Shown: positions 38,521-51,089 of the stretch, piece by piece
Layout: every line of letters begins with the position of its first letter
Position numbering within the stretch: position 1 is the stretch's first letter
Source of the DNA: Podarcis vaucheri
Lineage: Eukaryota
DNA: 64,000 nucleotides
Assembly (NCBI GenBank): GCA_965113315.1
Contig: OZ220367.1
Strand: one strand, 5' to 3'
The notes under the pieces: generated by a model
The model's input: the letters and a program-made list of their open reading frames with translations, nothing else
What the model was told of the DNA's origin: nothing
Databases searched by the model: none
Translations under genes and position numbers: made by a program

Positions 38521-40674
38521 AGGAAATGACTCATGAAAGCCAGCCAGCAAGCAAGAGAAGCCGCAGTAGCTCATGATGGTATATATGGAACGTTTCCCTT
38601 TTTCATGCTGAACTCCTAATTTTCCATTTCTAACCTCCTAAGCTTCTTACAAAATCTGTTTCTTCTTTTAACAGAATCATGTCCATTCTAACTAAATTTA
38701 GGCTTAAAATAACATAGCAAAAGTTAATGACAATTTATCCAGAAGTGATGAAGAGTAGTAGCATATGGCCATTTCTGTGGTTTGCCAAGGAATGGGTAGA
38801 GAATATTTGTGAAGAAGAAAAAAACCCAAGGAGGCTTGGAATTTCCATGACTGCCCCAGTTCACATGGCGTGCCCTGCCCCTTGGGAATGAAACTGCGGC
38901 AATACAGCATCCCCTTCCTCCACAAACCCTCATTAAACAGCCTTTGACATTAAGTCAAAGGTCTTGAACAAAGTTCCTTATTTTTGCTCCGTAGGGCAAT
39001 ATTTTATGCCTGTTAACACACAGAGCCAACCATTATTTGTATAATTAATCACTCTCTCCATCTTTCTCCGTCTCTTCCATCGGAAAATAATTACTAAAAA
39101 TAAACAGAGAAATAAAGATACTTGTGTAATGGGAAAACCAGAATCCCAACTGACTGTAGGATTTTATCAGTAAGGGGTTGTTTTCCTTGCCTGGATGTGA
39201 TTTAAGGCAAACCATCCCTGTTTAAAGGAGGATGTCCTTTCTTGCCAGCTTGTCCCATGTTTTACTTTTTCTTCTCAAGAGGATTAAGCACAATACTCAA
39301 AGGGAATTTGAGCTGTGCAACCTCAGTTTTTGTTTCCTATTGCTCTCTTGTGGTCACTCAGAAGAACTACACATATTTCGCCTCAAGAGGTAAGTGTATG
39401 TGTGTTGGAGGTGGGTGTTCATTCCTGGAAGAAAGACATGGAACAAACAGGCCAGCCACCAACTAGACACAGGAGTATTTCAAATATTCTGAAATTTTAT
39501 ATATATGTATTAACTTGAAGGTCTCACGCCTATCAGTAGGCTACTCACGGACAAGGGAGGGGTTATGGCATAGGGAAATTCCCCAGAAAAATATTACGTT
39601 TGTATATTAAAAACTGAAACTAAGACAAGACAGCCTGATGACGACTGAGAATGCTCATTGAATGCTGAGTGCGCTGAGCATCAGCACAGCTAGAATTTGT
39701 GTGTGTGTGTTGCCCACCCAGAGAGGCTGGGGAAACCCAGCCAGATGGGCGGGGTATAAATAATAAATTATTATTATTAATATTAGTGATGGCTGTGCAC
39801 AATACGATTGGGGATGTGTACTGTGATGTACAATGCTCACATCCACTCAATAACTTTCCCCCATTCAATCTTTTTTAAAAAACAAAACAAAAAGGTGATG
39901 GAAGTGGTGAAATAAAATTTAAAGAAACCTCTCAATGAGGGCAGCATATGAGCAAAGAACAGAAAGAAATATGGCTATGCCCCAAAAAGCAATTGGTCTT
40001 TTTCTAGTGTTCCTGCTGAGCAGTGGAAAACCTTGAGGGGTTTTTCAAGCATTTGACAGATACATTCAAAAATCCCTGTTGCTTAGTGTCACTTCTCTCT
40101 ACTATTTGCCCCTAATGTCCCCAAAGAAAGAATGTATTAGGTTGAGGGAGATGTTAAGGGATGAGTGGCAAGGAAGACTCACTTCTACACAGGAGGCCCC
40201 ATAAGTCCTCTTCTTGGCTGGAAATGGTTGCGAAAGTTGCATTATCTGCTGGGGATCTGCTGCAAATTCATGTAGTATTCCATACCTTTTAAGTATATAA
40301 GTACTGAAAGAATTACTGGTAAGCTTAGAAAAGCAGCAATATTAATGGCTTTTCGGCACTTATTAAAACCATACTAATCACCCTCCCACACTTTTGCGGA
40401 TGTTTAATTTCTAGTAGGCTGGTTACTGATTTTAATTCTGATTTGGGTTTTAGCTGCATTTTATACGTGGTTATGTTTATGCTGATGCCGTAACTGAAAG
40501 CTGTGTTCACTGCCCTGTGAATGATGTGAAAGGCAGACTAGAGATGTCTTAATAAATAAATAAAATCATGAGGCTTGCAGGAAGAAAACTAAAGTTGTGT
40601 GCCACCACTAAAGAGGCCTTGCGGGATACTCTCTATGATCTCACTTGACTAAAAAGTAGGCAGCCAAGATCTAG

Positions 40675-40860
40675 GAACATGGGAAGCTGTCATATACCAA
40701 GTAAGACCATTGGTCCATCTAGGTCATTATTGTCTACAGAGAGGCAGTGGCTCTGCAGGTTTTCAAGCAGAGGTCTCTCCCAGCCTGACCTGGTGATGCT
40801 AGGGATTAAACCTGGAACCTTCTGCGTGCAAAGAAGGTTCCACCACTAAACTTAGTCTCT
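40675..40860 (-). mobile_element. tRNA-derived SINE (Squam2-like)
   Basis: GGAAGCTG..AGACCATTGGTCCATCTAG..TTGTCTACA body, then inverted B-box GGGATTAAACCTGGAACCTTCTGCGTGCAAAG. Confidence 0.75.
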
Positions 40861-42249
40861 TCCACATCTAAGAATCCAGGTTGTTATGGCTTTAAAGGTC
40901 AGAATTAGGATTAGTTACATGTCATTTTAATTCACATGTCACAATGAGAGATACAGACTATTTATTTCTATGTGAATCGTTTCAGTAATTTCAAAACAAA
41001 GCCCATGCATTTCATAAAACATACAGTAATATTTAGTGTAAGGCTGCTTCTAGAGTAGAGACCCCTTTCTAGAAAAGTGCCCGGGGATGGCTGCCTACTT
41101 GCCTGCCTACCTGCCTACTTGATCCCTCAGTTATGAGTTTTCCAGGAAGCAGTGGCTGGGTCTGGGAAGCTGACTGCCACTTTAACTTTCTCACAGTGCT
41201 CCAGAGCAATGCTAAGTTGGGCACTCTAGGGCTTTGTGGAAAAATGAAAATGGTGTATGAGTTCAAACTGCTGCTGCCATAATCCACAACCAAGGGACTA
41301 GGCAGCAGCAGTAGTGATGGACTTTGGGCTTTCAAATTTTAGAGGCACCCTGTGCGACACCAAAATTCAGTTCCCCACTGCCTCTCACCTTCCATTGTTT
41401 GTCATTGTTGCGGTGTCCCCTGTGGTGCCCTTTCAGCTTAGCACCCATGGTGGGGAAAAAAGTTGTACTCCCCTAAATCCGCTTCTGGCAGCAGGCAGGG
41501 TTTTAGTCCATTTTAGGGCAATGATTGCACAATATAGCAACTGCATCACCTACAAACTGTCACTCCTTCACTGCCTTGTTATAAATGAAGTATACTTGTA
41601 TAATGGGAACATCAGAATTTCAAGTGACTATGGGAATTTATCAGCAAGTGATTGTGTTTCTAGCTTGAATCTGATTTAAGGCAAGACATTTCCCATTAAA
41701 GCAGGATGCCCTTTTTATCAGCACTGTATATTTTCTGCTCAGAGTATTCTATGAAATACTCAAATGAGTATTTTTCCAAATCACATGATGTCTTCTTGGA
41801 AGGACCATCTTGCTTTCTTTAATCTTTGTCAGGCTTAAATATCACTACACAACACTCACAGATGTGGTTTGGGATTCTTCTGTTCCTGCTTTTCTCTACT
41901 TTCATCACTGTTGCTGTTTTGGTGGAGTGGATCAAAAGCCTTTCCATAGGCTGCTCTATACAAGCTATATGTGATGGCTTGTTTTATTTGGCATTCTTTT
42001 CCAGTGTGCGATTCATTGTCATCAGGTTGATTCATAGTTAGGAAATTACTCTGAATCCTGGCAGGGCTTGTAGCTGATTAAAGTCCAGAGGTTTGTGAGT
42101 AAGTCTACCAGGACCTTTTTGGGTCCATTTACAGTTGTGCACATTAAAGACTACTGATAAATAGATGTGCAACTCACACAACTGGCTCAGAAACTAGCAC
42201 ATAATGTCTCTTAACAGTACCTCCAAATTATTATTAGAACATGTTCTAC

Positions 42250-42640
42250 CATGTCAGACCAAAGCTCAATGCAACCCAGCATTCTCTTTTGAGCAGTAGC
42301 AGCACCGCAGTCACCAGCCGGCTGGCCAGCCAAATGCCTCTCTGAGTAACTGGAAGCAGTTCATTATGGTGTTAATAGTTTGTTCTCAACATCTAGTATT
42401 CAGGAGTATATTGTATCTAGACATGAAGGTTTGATTTAGCTGCCATAGGGAATAATTGTGAATAGACGTAGCCCCCATGAATTTGTTTAATCCTGTTTAA
42501 AAGCCAGGTAAGCTAGTGGCTATCGACACATTCTGTGGTAACCAATTCTAGAATTATGTATTGTGTGAAGGATCACTCTATTCTATCACTTTGGAACCTG
42601 CTGTCAATTCATTTTACTGGGCAGCCCTGAGTTTCTGTAT
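42250..42640 (-). mobile_element. Old CR1 3' fragment
   Basis: CCCATGAATTTGTTTAATCC..AAAAGCC..AAGCTAGTGGC..ACATTCTGTGGTAACCAATTC is an inverted CR1 ORF2 end (WNxLP..VV-like). Confidence 0.6.
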
Positions 42641-42866
42641 CATGAGAAAAGGGTGGGGTCAATTTTAAAAGCATTCAGGATTCAAACACAGCTTATTAGG
42701 CCTCATCCAGTGTACCACTGCATCCAGACACCAGTCCAGGGTCCTCTCAGCCATTCCCAATTCAGATGTTACAGCTATTTTGTAACTGGTGCCTCTCACA
42801 CTTTCTTGAAATTCTACTGGCCACAAAAGGTTAGCAACCCCTGCGGTAGAGGGAGGGTCATGTTTA

Positions 42867-43109
42867 CAGTGGTACCTCTGGATGCGAACGGGATCCATTC
42901 TGGAGCCCCGTTCGCATCCTGAAGCGAACGCAACCCGCGTCTGCGCGATGCAATTTGCCTCTTACGCACATGCGCGTGACGTCATTTTGAGCGTCTGCGC
43001 ATGCACGAGCAGTGAAACCGGAAGTAACGTATTCTGTTACTTCCGGGACGCTGCGGAGCGTAACTTGAAAATGCTCAACCCGAAGCTACTTCAACCCGAG
43101 GTATAACTG
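42867..43109. mobile_element. Tc1/mariner (Tigger-like) MITE, CpG-rich
   Basis: TA|CAGTGGTACCTC ... GAGGTATAACTG|TA; internal palindromes. Confidence 0.88.
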
Positions 43110-43941
43110 TATTCACTTATGCCAGTTTCTTTTTTTTAAAAGTACTGGGTGGGTGCTCCTGATTCTAATAGATTAGTGAAAAAAGCTGGCTAAGAAGCTG
43201 GTTCCACAACTACAAGACAACATAGGAGATAGGTGAAAAATCTATTCTACATAAAATTATGTAGTAAATTAATCCTGGAGTGTACTACTTCAGATTGCAG
43301 GAGTGCAATCTCCTTCCCAGTGTGCTTGACTGTAATCCCACCTTGCTTTCTTCACCTATTCGTAGATATTCTTCAACATTCTCAAAAGTCAGATCCGGTT
43401 GCCTTCTACTCAATGGAAAGAATGATGTTGCAGAGAGGTGTGTGCCATTTTTTTTAGTGCTTCTATAAAAATCTCCCTTCACACAGTAGGCAAGTGTATT
43501 AGGGAGAAGACTATGTTAACCTTTTTATAAAAATACGGTAACATTCAAAAATATGATGAACATACCCCACACATACATTCTGAAGTGGTACTCGCCAGAA
43601 TTCTTCTAATTAATTCTGCTTAATTTTAGGCATATCCATGTTTTATGACTGGGCTCTTTCCCACACTGCCTTGGTAAGTGTAAGAAACTAGAATTGCTCT
43701 TATTACTGGCCCTGCTCATGTACCTAAAACATTAAGAGAACATACAGATTCAGCCACTAAATTACCACCTCTGCCACTGCACATCTGCTCTCCATGCCAG
43801 AAAAAAGGTTGAGAAAAAAAGGTGGTGACTCTTATCAATAACTGTGAAAACTGTACTGTATTCAGTTAGTGTACGTAACACCACACACACACTCAGCCTT
43901 ATTTACTGCCAAGCATTTGTTCAGAACCCTATTGGGTCAAC

Positions 43942-44163
43942 TAGGGTTGCCATACATCTGGAATTTCGGGATTTGGTCGTCAGGAACAGTGTCCAAAATC
44001 ACCAAAATGTCTGGGAAAATCCAGTTACATATGGCAACCCATCTTGGAAGTGCCAATTTTGGCCAATTCCAGAAAAAACTTCATTTTTTAAACTGAGATT
44101 TTGCAAAAAAAGCTCAACAACTTTTGTCTCCAGATTTTAACTGTCTGAAATATGGCAACCGTA
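43942..44163. mobile_element. hAT (TAGGGTTGCCA-ended) MITE
   Basis: TIRs TAGGGTTGCCATA / TATGGCAACCGTA plus an internal TIR copy near 44030; shares AAAGCTCAACAA..TTTTGTC with 14636-14783. Confidence 0.78.
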
Positions 44164-44920
44164 TCCTTGGTTTTCTTCATCATCATTTACAACAACTCTC
44201 ATGACCACTAGGGCGCAGTCTCTCTCCCCACCTGCTGCAAGGAGACGCCATCTCCTATTATGGAACCTAACAGACTCCCCACCCCCCACTTTTTTTGCTT
44301 TTTGAGCCCTTGTGGTTTGGTTATCCAGCAAAGTTAAGTCGGTTAAAGAAACCCAATAACATAATTAGGCTATTTTGCAAAATTAGTACGAAGCAGGGCT
44401 GCAAGCTTTAAGTCTACTGATTAAATCAATTAAACCACGAGAGCTTTCCTTATAGATTAGCATTTCCCCGGCATCCCGTCCCACAACTAATTGGTGGGCT
44501 GAGGGTAAATGCCTCCCCATTGGGCTTTCTTCTCTTTGGACCACATCTGATGAAAAAAAAGAAACTTCAAACAAAGCTTTTCCTTCCACTTTCCAGCCAA
44601 AGCCTGTGCATATTTTGCATTTCAGGGTGAAACCGCTAGGGATTTTCCTCAAGCAATAGAAACCACAAGCAAATGAAACAGTGCTCAGCTGAAACTGGGG
44701 GTCAACATACTGTTTAAAACATGGCTCAGTCAGTAGACAGGTGGCGAGTTTCTCTTACCGCATATTCTGTCCTAACTCAGGTGGGGAGTTCATGGCAGGT
44801 GTTATGGTGGCAATGAGCAGTTGAGAGGATCCAGGAGCAGCAGCCTCCTTACTCACAGGAAACTGACTGAAGAGGACTCAGCCAGCAGCTCAAATTCCTT
44901 GAAGTAAAGACATGGAGCAG

Positions 44921-45340
44921 TTCAAGGATTTGAGGCCTGCTCCTCCCAACAGTCCTTCCAGGCAAGGAACGGGGTGAAGCGGCCACAACAGTTGAAGGAT
45001 TTGAGGCCTAGTGCTCCCACTGTCTCTCCCCAGGCCAGGCCAGGAAGGCTGAAGTGTCCGAAACTTGAAAGATTTGAGGCCTAGTTCTCCAACTATCTCT
45101 CCTCAGACAGACAAGGAAGGCTGAAGTGGTGAAACTTGAAGGATTTGAGGCCTAGTTCTCCAACTATCTCTCCTCAGACCAGACAAGGAAGGTTGAAGCG
45201 GCTGAAACTTGAAGGATTTGAGGCCTAGTCCTCCAACTAGCTCTCCCCAGGCCAGGCCAGGCAGGTTGAAATGGCCGAAACTTGAAGGATTTGAGGCTAT
45301 CTATCCCCCAAGCCAGGCCAGGAAGCATTGAAGAGGCCTA
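44921..45340. repeat. Minisatellite, 71-73 bp unit x ~6
   Basis: Units starting TTGAAGGATTTGAGGC (with variants) at 44921, 44992, 45065, 45136, 45209 and 45282. Confidence 0.93.
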
Positions 45341-46486
45341 ATTACTGACCTTCACACAACCTGAGGCCTTTTATTGAAGTGGGGGGAGGGGGAGAGAGAG
45401 AGAGAAGAAAAAGACTGTTTGTTTGGGTTGCACCACTTTGAATTGCAAGGGGTAGTTCACCCAAGGACTGCTCCTCACTACAGAAGCATTCCCTCCCCGC
45501 AGAAAACTAAAGGTGAGTCCAGACAGAAAGCTTTCTCCCTTCAATCTAGATTTCTATGTGCAGGGATTAATTAAAAATAAATAAATCAGGCAGGAGCTTG
45601 GAGTTCCTACCCGCATTCTGAAATGGTGCAGCCCACATTCAGGGTTATCATAACCTCTTTAGTGGGAACTAGTCCACAAACTGGTGCTCTGCCCTGAGAT
45701 GGTTCTGGTTTTGTGTGGAGGAAAGCAGACTGGTGTTTATTCTAATTCTGTAGAACTCTCTCTCTAGGAAAAAACTAGCAAAAGCCTGACATTACCAACT
45801 TGTAGGTATCAGGTAAGAAATGTTGCATTTTGGGCCTGCGCCTTGTAATCTAATGCGATTTTTGTTGCTATTGGGTGGTGGTAGTTGTTGGCCTAGAGTG
45901 CCATTTTGCTTGCTTTATACGATTGTGCGTGAGACGTCGTTTTGGGTAAGAAAGGTGGGACTAAAAAATAATAAATAAAAATAGAATTGAATGCTCTAGG
46001 CTGCATATGAAAAGATGGGGAATGGTGAGGTCTGGTGTTAGGTATTAAGTAGGGTGTCCATATGTATTGTTTTTTAAAAAAAGAGGAACTGATTAACTGG
46101 TGCCCCTCCCCAAAAAAGGACGAAAGATGGCACATATCTGCGTAAATTTGCATTTGCTAATTCATATTTATAAATAACAGTTTAGAAACAGTTGCTGTGT
46201 TTTAAGTAGAAATGTAGTACATCTCATTGTATTGGGGGAGACCGACCTGCTTGTCTGCTCAGTCTGCTGTTGAGGTGCTAACTGTTAATGGGAAACTGCA
46301 AGGCCCCTACTCTCCTTTCTTTTCTTTGTAGTTTGGGAATTCCGTCCACAATAATCAATAGGGAAACCATTGATTTTGTACATCTGATCATTTATGCCTT
46401 CTGAATGTGAATTCAGCAGCCAGGTTGTTCATCAGGGCAAGAGAGTTTCTGCATATTGTATAGATCCTGGCCCACTGGCAAGTAGT

Positions 46487-46800
46487 TTCCAGGCCCAATT
46501 CAAAGTGCTGTTTTTGACTTATAAAGCCTTAAATGGCTCAGGACCTCCTCTCTCCATATGAACCTACCTGGACCCTGATATCATCATCTGAGACACGAGA
46601 GGTCCGGAGGGTGGCCATACAAGAACCGGCCTTTTCTGCAGTGGCTCCACTTTTGTGGAATGCTCTCCCCAGGTAGGTGCCAGGCAAAAACTCTCTTTTT
46701 CAACCAAGCCTTTGGCTGATTAACATCTTATACCCCTTTTAAATGTGTTTGGTGGGGGGCATATTGGTTTGTGTTTTTGTATTGCATTTTTACAATATAC
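46487..46800 (+). mobile_element. L2 LINE 3' end
   Basis: FQAQFKVLFLTYKALNGSGP translation, then GCCTTTTCTGCAGTGGCTCC..TGTGGAATGCTCTCCCC (AFSAVAP.LWNALP). Confidence 0.85.
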
Positions 46801-48524
46801 AAGTTTGTACAGTATACAGACTTAATAAGTAAAATAGCAAAGAGTAATGATATTGCTTCAATTTTAGCTTTAGCCCTGTACACCACTAGTTCGCATCCCC
46901 AAGAATTTACTCCCAGGAAACTAAGAAAAACAGTTCCTCACTCCTGCCATATGCCTTACTAAATCAGATGCTACCTGGATTATTGACTCATGATATCAGA
47001 ACCTCAGTAGAAACCTTGTGTGTGGACATGTCCTAAAATTCACATATCTACCAAACTGCTGATGATACACAGCCAACAAACTACTCACACTGGTTTACTT
47101 CTGCTTAAATCGCTAGGACTCGACTACAATGTCCAAGTACTCTGATGTAAGTGGTCTGTGGACAGCAGCCAAAGTCAGCTCCACCACTTAATAAGAGAGA
47201 GGAAAGAGACGGCATTCTGAAATGAAACCTCATGATTGCATGTCATCCTCAATTAGGCATAAGGATAAAAGGCTAAAAATATACCCAACACCAATCCCGA
47301 TTTAGGCTCATCTAGCACACTGTCTGCTTATCTTTTTTTTTTTTTTTTTAAGCAGATGTACTAATGGAATTCCACCAGCAAGAGTTGATCAAAACCACCA
47401 TCATGCTTTTTTAAAAATGGACAAAATAAGTTAAAACAAACAATGCATACCAAACGCTCATGCCAAGAGCCTTTCTGTCAAATTGTTGGAGATACTAGCA
47501 GTTATTCAGCATCATTTGCAAATGTTTCCCTTTCTCTAAACATAAGAAGCATCCTTAATATAAACAACAGCTTCTCCCTTTAGAAATCCAAGGAGCCAGG
47601 GAAGCCATACAGCTGAAAAGGGAATGAATGAATCACTTACAGATATGGGTTTTGTTTTTTTATCCTGACCCTGTTATTTTGACAGCATAGGCTCTACCTT
47701 TTGCAAGTGCTTCGAGATGAACATCTTTAACACATAACCTCCTGTCATAGGAAATTATTTGTGATCATGATGCAGGCTGAAAGTCCCTAGCAAAGGTGGT
47801 GTGATTCGCAACACCATCTTGTTCTCTGGGATCTTGCTGCTTGTAACCACAACTACAAACACTCTTGTTTAACAGGAGGTTCCACCCTCTGGCCCAATCT
47901 AGTATCCGAAATCTACTCCCCCATGCCCTCCTTGAAGAGCTTTGGTGGAAAGAAATCTATTACAGGAAGGCAGCCCCTGGGGCCAGCACCTGGTTTATGT
48001 TAGCCTAATACAGAGTAGCCATTTATTTTTCTGTACCGCAGAATATACGAAGGCCTGTCTCTACTTTTCTCCATTCAAGGCAAAGGTAATAGACAAATTC
48101 TCTATTCCACCTTAAAATGTAGCATTTAGCAACAGAAAAAGATCAGCAAAATAATTGGCAATTGTAGTATTATGGCCTATTTTAGGGTTCAGTGTTTTAG
48201 TTATTGTTTAATTTATCAGCAGTTTTTTTAAAAGAACTAAGAAGGTACCCTAAGTAACCTCACATTGTTGTTGTTGTTGTTGTTATATTTAATGCAAGTA
48301 CATGAAGGAATTCATGTACTAAAATTATTGGACCTGCTACATCATATGCACATGTTTGTCTAAAAACATGTTTCTCGTTTCACGACAGTTGCTTTTATAT
48401 GTATGCAAAATTACCTGTTTGATCAAATAGTCAAACAAAACTATTTCAGTTAAATAATAATGTACTTTGGTGCGCAATATAGTTGGAAGTATGACCCCCT
48501 CACCCATCTGTTAGGGATTCTGTA

Positions 48525-48587
48525 GCTGTGGTTCCTGCATTGCAGGGGATGGGACTAGATGACCCTTGACACTCTATGACTCTATGA
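48525..48587 (+). mobile_element. CR1-type 3' tail fragment
   Basis: TTCCTGCATTGCAGGGGATGGGACTAGATGACCCT..CTCTATGACTCTATGA. Confidence 0.7.
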
Positions 48588-49773
48588 AATGACCTAAATA
48601 TTTTGCAGCTCCAAATAGCTCATGCAGGACACTCATTTAATCTAACCAAAAAGCTGTCCATTGCAAGATCAGTACAGCTTTGGTGCTACTGTTCTGTAAT
48701 TTTTGGAGGCCTGTTGCAAGTTAAGTTTGTGTGAGCTCAATTCACTTTGACAGTCAATGGCTGTTCGTAGCCATTAAAATGTAAAAGGCAGCCTAAGGAT
48801 TTCAAACTAGCAAGATATTGTCTAGATTGGTATTTAGTGACAGTGCAATTAAATCGTGTTGTGTTTTACAAACGCAGTAAGCAAATCTCAGTGCAGAATC
48901 CCTTTAATTGCTTTGTGAAGCTTGGAATCTCCAGTGACCCCCCACTCCAGTTTTGAACTTTATATGGATGCTGTAGTCAAATGATATAGCACAAAGGTAG
49001 AAGGATAAATCCTGGGATTTGGGCTGGTAGTATAAAAGCAGGAACATTCTGGCTCTGACTACAGTGGCTGGTACATATTTACAGTGAGAAGGATTTTGGC
49101 TGCTCCCCGACTGTTACTGCCCACTGTGTTGCCAATGGATATTTGGATGCGTTTCTTAAACTTGCCTTGACATATGTATTCTGTTATAGGAGGGGTTTAT
49201 TGTTATGAACTGACACCTACCCAGACCAGCTGGTCTCCAGCTAGGATTGTTTGCTACTGTTTCTTGCCATGCCCTGGTTGGCTCAAACTGCTTTTTTTTA
49301 CAATTGCACGAGTTGTGGAAATTCAACAGGTGAAGTGTTTTCTAGCATGCTGTGATGGAATCAATTCCGTCTATTAGTATTGTGCCTCCGAAGCAGCTAA
49401 CGGCATATGTTGCCACTTGCTGGAATAAATATGTCTGGCGGCAACCCTAGATATTACTCCTGTCTCTATAAAATATGTGGAAGAGCTTTCCAAATATAAC
49501 AAGCAGACGTCAGATGAAGTGCAGGTTTGCTGGAAGTCTGGAGAGGAATTTATTGTAGTGCTTACTGCTTGTGGAGGGATGGGGACCCTTTGCACTTTGA
49601 AGATTCAGTCTATGGCAGGTGATGTGAAAGACTGCCTAGTATAAGGCAGTTGTCTATGTCCCTGTCAGTTAAAGGTAAAGTTGCAATAAGGTGAGGATCT
49701 GGAGGTCTTGCACACAGTAGTCTCCCAATAACTGATGCAGATATTGTTTGATGCAGCAGATGTAGCATCAAAA

Positions 49774-50064
49774 GGGGATAGCTCAATTGGTTAGAGTGTG
49801 GTGCTGATAATGCCCAGGGTTGCAGGTTTGATCCCAGTATGGGGCAGCTTCATATTCCTGCATGGCAGGGGGTTGTACTAGATCAGGCTTCCTCAGTCTT
49901 GGCCCTCCAGATGTTTTTGGCCCATGATCCCTAGCTAGCAAGACCAGTAGTCAGGGATGCTGGGAATTGTAGTTTCAAAACATCTGGAGGGCTGAGGTTG
50001 AGGAAGTCTGTACTAGATCATCCTAAGGGTTTCTTCCAACTCTATAGTTTTATAGAGTTTTATA
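49774..50064 (+). mobile_element. tRNA-Ile-derived SINE with CR1-type tail, interrupted by a MITE
   Basis: Head GGGGATAGCTCAATTGGTTAGAGTGTGGTGCTGATAATGCCCAGGGTTGCAGGTTTGATCCC; tail ATTCCTGCATGGCAGGGGGTTGTACTAGAT[insert]CATCCT..TTCCAACTCTAT. Confidence 0.8.
49884..50010. mobile_element. hAT MITE nested in SINE
   Basis: TIRs CAGGCTTCCTCAG / TTGAGGAAGTCTG; perfect TSD TACTAGAT (49876-49883, 50011-50018); same family as 1-142. Confidence 0.92.
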
Positions 50065-50733
50065 GAGCAGCGATAATGGAGCAGCGAGATCAATATGATG
50101 TTGAACGAATGGACTCACAGAGGACCACACAATGTGGGCCAAGAAACTAAAATGTAATCAAAGTCAGTATTTATTCATTTTATATTTATTTATCCCACTC
50201 TTCCTTCTGAAGAAGCCCAAGTATTCTTAGTGAGTAGGACCCTTGAGCCTACAACACGGTACAACTTATTTTGGACAGGGGTTCACAGTTCTGGAGTTCT
50301 CTTTGGACCATCCCTTGCTCCTGTAGATTCAGAGGCTAAATCTATATGCAATATATAATAGCAATCTCGATGATAGTTGTAGTGGTTGTCATCAGGAGTG
50401 CTTTTGCAGTTTAGCTAGTGAGCCAACTGCATCTGTTCCTGGAGAAGGAAGACCTGGGTGTGGTCACAGTAGTATGAGCTAATAATTGGAGTAGCTTAGA
50501 AGATCCGCTGCATGGATTTCACAGTAATTAGCATCTGTTGTTAGTGACCAAGCCAGCCAAAGTTCAAGGAAGTCTGGATAAAAGGAGAGCACAATTCACC
50601 ATAATATTGTTCCATTTTAAAATAAATCAAACACTTGTTCATCCTCTGTGCCCAACTAACATGTATACTAGTATAACTCTTGGAGAAATCCTTATAGGTA
50701 TGGAAAATTAAATTTCTTTATGAAGAAGCCTAT

Positions 50734-50815
50734 AGGGAGTGGGGAAGGTGTGGCCTCCAGAGGTTGGTTGACAGAAATTCCCATCATCTGGAGGGCCACA
50801 GGTTCCCTACCCTTG
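50734..50815. mobile_element. Short palindromic hAT-like MITE remnant
   Basis: GGGGAAGGTGTGGCCTCCAGA ... TCTGGAGGGCCACAGGTTCCC inverted arms. Confidence 0.55.
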
Positions 50816-50823
50816 CTCTAGGT

Positions 50824-51089
50824 CAGAGGTCGGCAGCCTAAGGCCCATGGGCCACAAGCAGCCCATGGGAGTCATTTAACCGGCCCATGAGCTGCCCCTG
50901 AACCGAATCGCCCACTTGACGAGCCCCCATGCGCTGCTCTAAACCAGCATGGCGTGGGGACTTGCTTCTGTGGTGCCGAAAATTGTGGCTGCGCAGGTGC
51001 CTGAAATCACAGATGGGTGCAATCCGCCCCACGGAGGGATCTCCGCTGGAGTGAACCGGCTCAGGCAAAGTAAACCTTGCCAACCCCTG
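50824..51089. mobile_element. hAT (Charlie-type) MITE, 266 bp
   Basis: TIRs CAGAGGTCGGCA / TGCCAACCCCTG; perfect TSD CTCTAGGT (50816-50823, 51090-51097). Confidence 0.92.

Noticed and set aside
44921-45340. CRISPR-like array
   Set aside because: The whole unit is homologous between copies (no unique spacers), the context is vertebrate and there are no cas genes.
49774-49846. tRNA-Ile(GAT) gene
   Set aside because: Stems and B box are degraded and it is fused to a CR1-type tail, so it is a SINE head.
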